Part shown: piece after piece, positions 10,560 through 18,820 of the stretch
Numbering within the stretch: the stretch's first letter is position 1
Layout: each line of letters begins with the position of its first letter
From: Streptococcus sp.
Lineage (GTDB): Bacteria; Bacillota; Bacilli; Lactobacillales; Streptococcaceae
NCBI RefSeq assembly: GCF_032481935.1
Contig: NZ_JAWERU010000002.1
Span: forward strand, 6,592 to 70,591
Direction: 5' to 3'
DNA length: 64,000 nucleotides
Program-made: the position numbers and the translations under genes
Notes under the pieces: model-generated
The model's input: the letters and a program-made list of their open reading frames with translations, nothing else
The model's database searches: none
Told to the model about the DNA's origin: nothing

Positions 10560-12443
10560 ATGACGAATACAGAAATTGCAAAAAAAGTCATCGAAGCCTT
10601 AGGTGGACGTGAGAACGTTAATAGTGTAGCTCACTGTGCGACTCGTCTTCGCGTTATGGTTAAAGATGAAGCGAAAATTAACAAAGATGCTATCGAGAGC
10701 TTGGAAAAAGTTCAAGGTGCTTTCTTTAACTCAGGTCAATACCAAATCATCTTTGGTACTGGTACAGTAAACAAGATGTACGATGAAGTCGTAGCTCTTG
10801 GTTTGCCAACTTCAACAAAAGCTGAAATGAAAGCAGAAGCTGCTAAACAAGGAAATTGGTTCCAACGTGCCATCCGTACTTTCGGTGACGTCTTCGTTCC
10901 AATCATTCCAGTTATCGTAGCAACTGGTCTTTTCATGGGAGTTCGTGGTCTCTTGAATGCTCTTGGAATGACACTTCCAGAAGATGTGACAACTTACACT
11001 CAAATTTTGACTGACACAGCCTTTATCATCTTGCCAGGTTTGGTCGTTTGGTCAACCTTCCGTGTATTCGGTGGTAACCCAGCTGTTGGTATCGTTCTTG
11101 GTATGATGCTGGTATCTGGTTCGCTTCCAAATGCTTGGGCTGTTGCTTCTGGTGGTGAAGTGACTGCGATGAACTTCTTCGGATTTATCCCAGTTGTTGG
11201 TTTGCAAGGTTCAGTTCTTCCAGCCTTCATCATCGGGGTTGTCGGAGCTAAGTTTGAAAAAGCTGTTCGTAAAGTGGTTCCAGATGTACTTGATCTCTTG
11301 GTAACACCATTCGTAACACTTCTCGTAATGTCAATTCTTGGTTTGTTTATCATCGGACCAGTCTTCCACGTTGTTGAAAACTACATCCTTCTTGGAACAA
11401 AAGCTATTCTTAACTTGCCATTCGGTCTTGGTGGTTTCTTGATTGGTGGAGTTCACCAAGTTATCGTCGTATCAGGTGTTCACCACATCTTCAACTTGCT
11501 TGAAGTTCAATTGCTTGCTGCTGACCATGTCAACCCATTCAACGCTATCATCACAGCTGCCATGACTGCTCAAGGTGCTGCAACAGTAGCCGTTGGTGTA
11601 AAAACTAAAAATCCTAAACTTAAAACACTTGCTTTCCCTGCTGCTCTTTCTGCCTTCCTTGGTATTACAGAGCCTGCTATCTTCGGGGTTAACTTGCGTT
11701 TCCGTAAACCATTCTTCCTTTCATTGATCGCTGGTGCTATCGGTGGTGGATTGGCATCTATCCTTGGGCTTGCTGGTACTGGTAATGGTATCACAATCAT
11801 CCCTGGTACAATGCTCTACATTGGTAACGGACAACTTCCACAATACCTTCTTATGGTAGCTGTATCATTTGCTCTTGGTTTTGCTCTTACTTACATGTTT
11901 GGTTATGAAGATGAAGCAGAAGTAGCTTCAGAAACTACAACTGAACGTTTGGTTGACGAAGCGGTAACTGGTACTATTGTTGCTCCTAGCGAAGGTGTCA
12001 TCCAAACTCCAATCGTTGGTGACGTTGTAGCTCTTGCTGATGTGAACGACCCAGTTTTCTCAAGTGGAGCTATGGGACAAGGGATCGCTGTGAAACCTAA
12101 CCAAGATGTTGTCTATGCACCAGCTGATGCAGAAGTGACAATCGTCTTCCCAACAGGGCATGCTTATGGTTTGAAAACAGCAAACGGAGCTGAAATCTTG
12201 ATCCACGTTGGTATCGACACTGTTTCAATGAACGGTGAAGGCTTCAACCATAAAGTTTCCCAAGGTGACAAGGTTAAAGCTGGAGATGTTCTTGGAACAT
12301 TTGACTCAGCTAAGATTGCTGCTGCAGGACTTGATAACACAACTATGGTTATCGTGACAAACACTGCAGACTTTGCTTCAGTAAATCCAGTTGCTTCTGG
12401 ATCAGTTGCTAAGGGTGATGCAATCATCGAAGTTAAAGCTTAA
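10560..12443 (+). CDS. scrA: PTS sucrose-specific EIIBCA
   Basis: EIIB Cys motif VAHCATRLRV, a polytopic EIIC and an EIIA His region ILIHVGIDTV. ATG 10560 lies 9 nt after AAGGAGA. The track start at 10554 is a TTG. Confidence 0.92.
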   Translation: MTNTEIAKKVIEALGGRENVNSVAHCATRLRVMVKDEAKINKDAIESLEKVQGAFFNSGQYQIIFGTGTVNKMYDEVVALGLPTSTKAEMKAEAAKQGNWFQRAIRTFGDVFVPIIPVIVATGLFMGVRGLLNALGMTLPEDVTTYTQILTDTAFIILPGLVVWSTFRVFGGNPAVGIVLGMMLVSGSLPNAWAVASGGEVTAMNFFGFIPVVGLQGSVLPAFIIGVVGAKFEKAVRKVVPDVLDLLVTPFVTLLVMSILGLFIIGPVFHVVENYILLGTKAILNLPFGLGGFLIGGVHQVIVVSGVHHIFNLLEVQLLAADHVNPFNAIITAAMTAQGAATVAVGVKTKNPKLKTLAFPAALSAFLGITEPAIFGVNLRFRKPFFLSLIAGAIGGGLASILGLAGTGNGITIIPGTMLYIGNGQLPQYLLMVAVSFALGFALTYMFGYEDEAEVASETTTERLVDEAVTGTIVAPSEGVIQTPIVGDVVALADVNDPVFSSGAMGQGIAVKPNQDVVYAPADAEVTIVFPTGHAYGLKTANGAEILIHVGIDTVSMNGEGFNHKVSQGDKVKAGDVLGTFDSAKIAAAGLDNTTMVIVTNTADFASVNPVASGSVAKGDAIIEVKA

Positions 12444-12596
12444 TACTCTTCGAAAATCAAATTCAAACTGCGTCATACTCGCTTTGCCGTATGTATGTGT
12501 TACTGACTTCGTCAGTTCTATCTACAACCTCAAAGCTGTACTTTGAGCAACCTGCAGCTCGATTCCTAGTTTGTTCTTTGATTTTCATTGAGTACA
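12444..12596 (-). repeat. BOX element (boxC-boxB-boxA, inverted)
   Basis: Begins TACTCTTCGAAAATCAAATTCAAAC immediately after the scrA stop codon and ends TTTGATTTTCATTGAGTACA. Confidence 0.88.
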
Positions 12597-12750
12597 CTAC
12601 TTTCGATTTAATAGATCAAAAAACGAACAAATGTTATGTTTGTTCGTTTTTGATTGAATCGTAAAATTTACAGAGGAAAAACTAAAATATTGAGCAACTT
12701 TCCTCCTGGAAATATGCTATAATAGAGAAAATAAAAACTAGAGGTTTATC

Positions 12751-13638
12751 ATGACAAAATTATATGGAAGCTTGGAAGCGGGCGGTACAAAATTTGTCTG
12801 TGCTGTCGGTGATGAAAACTTTAACGTTGTAGAAAAAGTACAATTTCCAACAACAACTCCTATCGAGACAATCGATAAAACTATCGAGTTCTTTTCAAAA
12901 TTTGATAATCTTGCAGGTCTTGCAATTGGTTCATTTGGTCCAATTGATATCGACAAAAATTCAAAAACTTACGGTTTTATCACAACTACACCAAAACCTC
13001 ACTGGGCAAATGTTGACTTGCTTGGTGCTCTCCGCCGTGCTCTAAATGTACCAATGTATTTCACAACAGACGTAAACAGTTCTGCCTACGGTGAAGTTGT
13101 TGCTCGCAACAATGCTGGCGGACGTATTGAAAACTTGGTTTACTACACAATCGGTACAGGTATTGGAGCTGGTGTTATCCAACGTGGTGAATTTATCGGT
13201 GGTGTTGGACACCCTGAGATGGGACACTACTATGTAGCAAAACACCCAATGGATGAGGAGAAAGAATTTAACGGTGTTTGTCCTTTCCACAAGGGCTGTT
13301 TAGAAGGTTTTGCGGCTGGTCCAAGTTTAGAAGCTCGTACAGGAATTCGTGGTGAAAACATCGAACTCAACAGTTCTGTATGGGATGTTCAAGCCTACTA
13401 TATCGCTCAAGCAGCTGTAAATGCAACTGTAACCTTCCGTCCAGATGTCATCGTATTTGGTGGTGGTGTTATGGCCCAACAACACATGCTTGACCGTGTG
13501 CGTGAGAAATTCACATCCTTGCTCAATGGTTACCTACCAGTTCCGGATGTGCGTGACTATATCGTAACACCAGCTGTTGCAGGTAATGGTTCAGCTACAC
13601 TTGGAAACTTCGTTCTTGCTAAGAGCGTAGCAAAATAA
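12751..13638 (+). CDS. scrK: ROK-family fructokinase
   Basis: N-terminal GGTKF nucleotide motif and the ROK Zn cluster HPEMGH...CPFHKGCLE. Adjacent to scrA. Confidence 0.88.
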   Translation: MTKLYGSLEAGGTKFVCAVGDENFNVVEKVQFPTTTPIETIDKTIEFFSKFDNLAGLAIGSFGPIDIDKNSKTYGFITTTPKPHWANVDLLGALRRALNVPMYFTTDVNSSAYGEVVARNNAGGRIENLVYYTIGTGIGAGVIQRGEFIGGVGHPEMGHYYVAKHPMDEEKEFNGVCPFHKGCLEGFAAGPSLEARTGIRGENIELNSSVWDVQAYYIAQAAVNATVTFRPDVIVFGGGVMAQQHMLDRVREKFTSLLNGYLPVPDVRDYIVTPAVAGNGSATLGNFVLAKSVAK

Positions 13639-13649
13639 GTATAAAAAAT

Positions 13650-13680
13650 GAGGTCGAGATTTATCCCGGCCTCTTTCTTT
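13650..13680. terminator. Convergent terminator between scrK and the CDF gene
   Basis: Stem GAGGTCG / CGGCCTC with A-rich 5' and T-rich 3' flanks. Confidence 0.55.
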
Positions 13681-14869
13681 AGTCTTTTTCAATTTTCGTT
13701 TCCTGATGGAATATATTTTGCCAAGTTTCATGTCTGCGCCAGATACTTGTATGGATGGTGTCACCAATCTGATAGCGGATGAGTTTTGTCTTCTGACTAA
13801 TGGACGTCAAGTGAAGTTCCTTGATAGCAGAGGTTAATTCTTTTTCCTCCTTATAGGCTTCCTTGTCTAGTTCTAGTCCGTCTTGGCGAATATAAATGAA
13901 ATCTTCGGCCAGTAATTCTTCCAATTGATTTCCTTGGTCGATCAGTTGCTCTCTCATGAGCAATTTTTTATAGACATTATCAAGAATTTCATCCTCAGGA
14001 ATCGGTGCTGGTTCAATGTGGATATCGGTGTCAAAGACACCAAAGCGTTCTGATAACATGGATTCGACCTGATCGGCAATTTCGTGGCTTTCAAAAACAG
14101 AGAGGTCTGGATTCATCTCGAGAGTAATGTCCAGATAGATATTGCTTCCGTAAGTACGACCGCGTTGAGATTTGACCTTGCTAATCTTAGGAATTTCCAT
14201 GATAGCTTTTTGGTAATCTTCGAGCAAGTGTTCATCAAAACCATCAGAAAGGCTGAAGGATGACTCGATAAAGATATCATAAGCAGTTTTAAGAATAAAG
14301 AAGGTAATGATAATCGCAACCAACTTATCCACGATTGGATAGTTAAAGCTACTAGCCAGGATAGCAATAGAAGTTCCAAGAGAAGTCACAGCATCTGACA
14401 AATTGTCCTTGGCTGCTGTCTTGAGAGCTTTGGACTTAGCTTGCTTGCTCAGATGGGTATTGTAGAGATAAACGGCAAACATGATGATAGCAGAGATGAT
14501 TCCCAGAGTCGCCCCAAGTGGGTCAATGACCGTTTGCTCTCGGCTGAGTATCTTTTGAATGGTGTCCCGTAGAACATCAAAACCAACGTAAAACATGATG
14601 ATGGAAGTGATGAGACTTGCCAAGTCCTCTATTTTCCAGTGGCCGAAGCGATGATCTCTATCTGCCGGTTGGCGAGCCAAACGAATCCCGATTAGAAGGG
14701 CCACGTTTCCGACGATATCTGAAACGTTGTTAAAACCATCGGCCACCAAACTGGATGAATGGAGGAGGTGGCCAGTTGCTAGCTTAGCTGCAGACAAGAA
14801 TAGATAGGTCAAAATGCTGATAATGGCACCACGCTCAGCCAATTTTAAGTTTGAAACCGATTGATTCAT
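13679..14869 (-). CDS. mntE: Cation diffusion facilitator exporter (MntE-like Mn2+ exporter) with an extra C-terminal domain
   Basis: Six TM helices. CDF metal-site motifs HSSSLVADGFNNVSD and HRFGHWKIED, plus a cytoplasmic domain and an additional tail of about 95 aa. The symbol rests on recalled pneumococcal adjacency of mntE and the caxP/mgtA ATPase, not on sequence proof. Confidence 0.7.
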   Translation of the reverse strand: MNQSVSNLKLAERGAIISILTYLFLSAAKLATGHLLHSSSLVADGFNNVSDIVGNVALLIGIRLARQPADRDHRFGHWKIEDLASLITSIIMFYVGFDVLRDTIQKILSREQTVIDPLGATLGIISAIIMFAVYLYNTHLSKQAKSKALKTAAKDNLSDAVTSLGTSIAILASSFNYPIVDKLVAIIITFFILKTAYDIFIESSFSLSDGFDEHLLEDYQKAIMEIPKISKVKSQRGRTYGSNIYLDITLEMNPDLSVFESHEIADQVESMLSERFGVFDTDIHIEPAPIPEDEILDNVYKKLLMREQLIDQGNQLEELLAEDFIYIRQDGLELDKEAYKEEKELTSAIKELHLTSISQKTKLIRYQIGDTIHTSIWRRHETWQNIFHQETKIEKD

Positions 14870-15025
14870 CTAACTTCCCTTCTAGCATTTTAGTATTCTT
14901 TCATTATACTGGTTTTCCAAGGAAAATTCAAATGGCTATTAGGGTATTTATTCAGAAATCAACAGATTTTTATTTTGAAATATGATAGAATGATAAGGTA
15001 ATATTTATTTTAGAAAGAGTTTTTA

Positions 15026-16636
15026 ATGAATCATAAACAAATCATTGATAGAGTGATTCGAATTGGTTTGCTGTTGCTACCATTTCTTATTTTTTATGGC
15101 TATAGAGTAGTTAAGGGGTTTGATTATCCAGTGGTTGATGATATCATGGTTAATCAAACCATATTATCTGGTGATAATATGTTGCTTCCCTATATTGGAA
15201 TTTTGTTATCATCTGCTTTAGTATTTCTTCAACAATTATATACAAATTGGAATATTTATTTTATTTTTTTAGCTATCAGTTTTTGCTTGAGTTTTAGCAT
15301 CTATTTGGAGTTCTTTTTTAGAAAGAAATATTATTTCTTACTTCCCTTAGTAATTTTACTTCAAATGGTTTTAATGAAGTATTTCTCGTTTTCAGTAATT
15401 GCTTACTTGTTATCGACAGCAGCTATACTATTATTATTTGATAGAAAATACCTAACGGGAATGCTTTTGTCTGTAATAGGGTTATCGATTAGGCCGCAAA
15501 TTATTGCTAGTTTATTATTGCTTTTGCTCCCCTTCCTAGCTTTTGAAGTCATCAAAGGAAAAAAGAAAAAAGAATTATTCTTGTTATCTGCTGTCATTTT
15601 ACTTATCTTTGCTTCCAATAAAATTTATACCTTAATGAGACCAGATGTTCAAGAATACCTAAATTGGAATACTCTAAGTACCAATTTGAGAGATTTCCCT
15701 GCAATTGATTATGAGAAGCATGCCAAGGAATTTCAGGAACTGGGGGTCAGTGAAAACGACTTATCTGCTTCAACCTACTGGTTGTTTGCAGAAAAAGATG
15801 CTTTGAACAATGAGCTGTTAACAAAAATTCAATCCGTACGTTCTTTCTCTGAGAAGTACTCCTTTAATGTATTTCAGATGGTGAAAGATTATTTCCAAAA
15901 CATTATTTTGACAACCTTTCTTCTTGTTATGGTTGGCTGGTTTTTGTTCTTCAAGCCTAAGAAAGTCTATGGCTGGGTACTCCCGCTTGTTCCATTTGTA
16001 CTAATCGGTGCACTATTTGTTAGGCAGAGAGTAGTAGAACGTGTTTATATCCCGATTATCGTTAGCTTTTTAATCTTTTTCGTCTACTATGCGCCCTTAT
16101 TTTACAATAAGCGTAAACTGTTGAAAAAAAGAGGAATTTTTTATAGTCTACAACTTGTAGGAATGCTGGCGAGTATGGCCTGGGTAAATAGTGTGGGACA
16201 AGAACTTTACTGGTTCCCAATCATTCAATCATCCATGGTATCAGAGTATCATGATGTAGTGGAAAAACATTCTGATAAATTGCTTGTTTTTGGCGGTTAT
16301 GGAACACTTGTCAATTCTCAACCGAGCTTGGCTACGATTAGAAGGAAGCCTGATCAGTTGATTGAAAATACAACAACCTTAGGTAACTGGCAAACTTTTT
16401 CGCCACATTATTATCAATTAATGAAAAAGTATAATGTTGAGGAGCCTAGTAATCTTCTTTCTTCTGCTATCGATAAGGAGAATATCCTATTCTTTTGGTC
16501 ACCCTCTTCAGGAAAGATGGATCAAGTCAAGAAAATAATGAAAGAACATTACCAGAAAGATGTTTATTTTGAAGAAGTTGAGGTGGTCACTTCTGATATG
16601 AATCTTTATCGACTAAGAACAGGAGAAGGGAGATAG
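15026..16636 (+). CDS. Polytopic membrane protein, possible GT-C-fold glycosyltransferase
   Basis: 536 aa with about 12 TM helices. An acidic DD pair sits in the first external loop (YPVVDDIMV), and there is a soluble C-terminal domain of about 150 aa. Very AT-rich. The GT-C call is inferred from topology and neighbouring genes. Confidence 0.45.
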   Translation: MNHKQIIDRVIRIGLLLLPFLIFYGYRVVKGFDYPVVDDIMVNQTILSGDNMLLPYIGILLSSALVFLQQLYTNWNIYFIFLAISFCLSFSIYLEFFFRKKYYFLLPLVILLQMVLMKYFSFSVIAYLLSTAAILLLFDRKYLTGMLLSVIGLSIRPQIIASLLLLLLPFLAFEVIKGKKKKELFLLSAVILLIFASNKIYTLMRPDVQEYLNWNTLSTNLRDFPAIDYEKHAKEFQELGVSENDLSASTYWLFAEKDALNNELLTKIQSVRSFSEKYSFNVFQMVKDYFQNIILTTFLLVMVGWFLFFKPKKVYGWVLPLVPFVLIGALFVRQRVVERVYIPIIVSFLIFFVYYAPLFYNKRKLLKKRGIFYSLQLVGMLASMAWVNSVGQELYWFPIIQSSMVSEYHDVVEKHSDKLLVFGGYGTLVNSQPSLATIRRKPDQLIENTTTLGNWQTFSPHYYQLMKKYNVEEPSNLLSSAIDKENILFFWSPSSGKMDQVKKIMKEHYQKDVYFEEVEVVTSDMNLYRLRTGEGR

Positions 16637-16637
16637 G

Positions 16638-17669
16638 ATGAAAAAGCGCATAGGTTACTTAGATATGGCTAAGGGGCTAGCGATTATACTTGTTATTATA
16701 GGGCATAGCAGTTTTGTGCCTCTTCGTGCAAAAATACTCCTCTATGTTTTTCATATCCCCTTATTTTTCTTCTTGTCAGGTTTTACTTTAAATGTCACTA
16801 AATACAAAACATTTAAGGAATATTTTCTTAGCAAGGTGAAAAGTTTGGTCGTTCCCTTTTTTTGCCTGAATATTTTTGTTTTTCTCTTTCAACTCTTTGT
16901 CATGTATCCTGAACAAGTGTTTAGTTTTAATCTTATTCATTTTACTAAACAGTTATTGTTGTCAGACCGCTTGCATGTTTATTTTCAGTTATGGTTTCTG
17001 AATGTCATGTTTTTAGCACATGTTTTTAGTTACTTTATTCTCAGAAAAAAATGGACCACTATCCAATGGCTTTTGATTAGTGTATCACTCTTATTTTTAG
17101 TCGTTTTGGGACAAAAAATCTATGCTTGGAATTTTTATCTTATCTGGAATATTGACCTGGTCCCTGTAGCCATTATCTTTACACTCTTAGGTGTCGGAGT
17201 GAGAAAATATTTAGCGCAGATGGAAAAGTTTTTTGCAATTTATTATTTGCCACTTGCCTTATTGCTAACTATATTTGTTGGTAGGTTGAACTATCATTGG
17301 AGTGGGAAACAGATTGTTGATCTTTACTATCAACAGATTGGAAACCATCTCTTGTTTTACATTGCTACAATTTCAGGTATATGGTCCACCCTCATATTCT
17401 TTAAGTCAATTCCTGAAATGACTCTCTTGAAATCAATCGGTCAAAGAACCTTGATTTACTATGGTGTCCATGCCCCGATTGTTTTAGTATTGGTAGAAAA
17501 ATTAGTTTTACAATTATCTACTAGATACACCGGTATTTTTGTGAATGGCTACGTTACAACAAGTGTTGTGACAATATTGACTTTGGTAGGGTGTGAATTG
17601 ATTGTCAGAGTATTTAGAGGGACAAACTTTCCCTTTGGAATTAAAAGGTTAGGAGTCAAAAATGAGTAG
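16638..17669 (+). CDS. Acyltransferase_3-family membrane O-acyltransferase
   Basis: About 10 TM helices. N-terminal YLDMAKGLAIILVIIGH and HIPLFFFLSG resemble OatA/OafA-type acyltransferases. ATG lies 1 nt after the upstream stop. Confidence 0.7.
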   Translation: MKKRIGYLDMAKGLAIILVIIGHSSFVPLRAKILLYVFHIPLFFFLSGFTLNVTKYKTFKEYFLSKVKSLVVPFFCLNIFVFLFQLFVMYPEQVFSFNLIHFTKQLLLSDRLHVYFQLWFLNVMFLAHVFSYFILRKKWTTIQWLLISVSLLFLVVLGQKIYAWNFYLIWNIDLVPVAIIFTLLGVGVRKYLAQMEKFFAIYYLPLALLLTIFVGRLNYHWSGKQIVDLYYQQIGNHLLFYIATISGIWSTLIFFKSIPEMTLLKSIGQRTLIYYGVHAPIVLVLVEKLVLQLSTRYTGIFVNGYVTTSVVTILTLVGCELIVRVFRGTNFPFGIKRLGVKNE

Positions 17670-18630
17670 AAATAATCCGATTTTATATATCGTGATACCA
17701 TGTTATAACGAGGAGCAAGTGTTACCTCATACCAATCCGATGTTTGTTGGGAAAATTGAGGAATTGGTAAAAAATCGAGAGGTTCATCCAAATAGTAAGG
17801 TCATGTATGTGAATGACGGCAGTAAGGATAAAACTTGGGAACTTATCCAAGAATATGCTTCATCGAATCCATATGTAGTAGGTATTTCTCAAAGTCGAAA
17901 CCGTGGTCATCAAAGTAGTGTTCTTGCTGGGATGTACGAAGCTGCAGAATTTGCGGATATCGTGATTACCATTGATGCAGATGGTCAAGATGATATTGAT
18001 TGTATGAATCAGATGATTGCTGAATATAAGTCAGGTTCAGAAATTGTTTACGGCGTTCGTGATAACCGAGAGACAGATTCGGCTTTTAAACGTATTACAG
18101 CAGAGGGATTCTATAAGGTGATGCATTTATTTGGAGCAGATGTCGTTTTTAATCATGCTGACTATCGTTTAGTCTCCAAACGTTTTATTCATGAACTTGC
18201 TAAATTTAAAGAAGTTAACTTATTTCTTCGAGGTATTATGCCTCTTGTAGGATTTAAGTATTCTTACGTGACTTATAAACGTCATGAACGAATTGCTGGA
18301 GAAAGTCACTATCCACTTTCTAAAATGCTTGGTCTAGCAATGGATGGTATTACTAGCCTATCTATTAAACCTATTCGCTTGATTACTAGCTTGGGAGTTA
18401 TGACTTCACTTTTTAGTTTTTTGTTGATCATCTGGGTTTTGTGGAGCAAATTTGCTGGTAATGTAGTAGCTGGATGGGCCAGTACCTACGCCATTGTAAG
18501 CTTACTTGGCGGGGTTCAACTCATTAGTCTTGGTGTAATTGGGGAATATATCGGAAAAATCTATCTAGAAACGAAACAACGTCCAAGATATATTATTAGC
18601 AACCGCACCTATGATGAGAGTGATGAGTAA
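17662..18630 (+). CDS. GT2 polyprenyl-phosphate glycosyltransferase (GtrB/CsbB-like)
   Basis: GT2 motifs PCYNEE, VNDGSKD and DADGQDD, plus two C-terminal TM helices. Overlaps the upstream gene by 8 nt. Confidence 0.8.
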   Translation: MSRNNPILYIVIPCYNEEQVLPHTNPMFVGKIEELVKNREVHPNSKVMYVNDGSKDKTWELIQEYASSNPYVVGISQSRNRGHQSSVLAGMYEAAEFADIVITIDADGQDDIDCMNQMIAEYKSGSEIVYGVRDNRETDSAFKRITAEGFYKVMHLFGADVVFNHADYRLVSKRFIHELAKFKEVNLFLRGIMPLVGFKYSYVTYKRHERIAGESHYPLSKMLGLAMDGITSLSIKPIRLITSLGVMTSLFSFLLIIWVLWSKFAGNVVAGWASTYAIVSLLGGVQLISLGVIGEYIGKIYLETKQRPRYIISNRTYDESDE

Positions 18631-18644
18631 CCCCACCTCAAAAC

Positions 18645-18672
18645 TTGAAAACTTTTGAAATTCTGATATAAT
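18645..18672 (+). promoter_or_regulatory. Sigma-70 promoter of the riboswitch-ATPase transcript
   Basis: TTGAAA (18645-18650), a 16-nt spacer, then TGATATAAT, an extended -10 (18667-18672). Confidence 0.65.
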
Positions 18673-18678
18673 AGAACT

Positions 18679-18789
18679 ACTCAAGGGAGTAGCTGGCGGT
18701 TAACCGCGATAGTGTCGTCATTACGAATTATTTCCGGCACTATATTAAACAGCGAGACTTGTTTTTTTAAAAAACAGGTCTCTTTTTTT
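18679..18789 (+). promoter_or_regulatory. yybP-ykoY-type Mn2+ riboswitch with terminator expression platform
   Basis: Conserved segments AAGGGAGUAGC, GUGUCGUCA and ACAGCGAGAC match the yybP-ykoY motif as I recall it. A terminator hairpin GAGACTTG / CAGGTCTC with T7 (18754-18789) follows. A Mn riboswitch is known upstream of the pneumococcal mgtA/caxP ATPase. Confidence 0.7.
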
Positions 18790-18820
18790 GTAAAAAGAGG
18801 CCAAAAAGGAGGAGACTGTT

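Noticed and set aside
18722-18729. TACGAATT resembling the ComX cin-box TACGAATA
   Set aside because: It has one mismatch, lies inside the riboswitch aptamer downstream of a sigma-70 promoter, and has no competence gene context.
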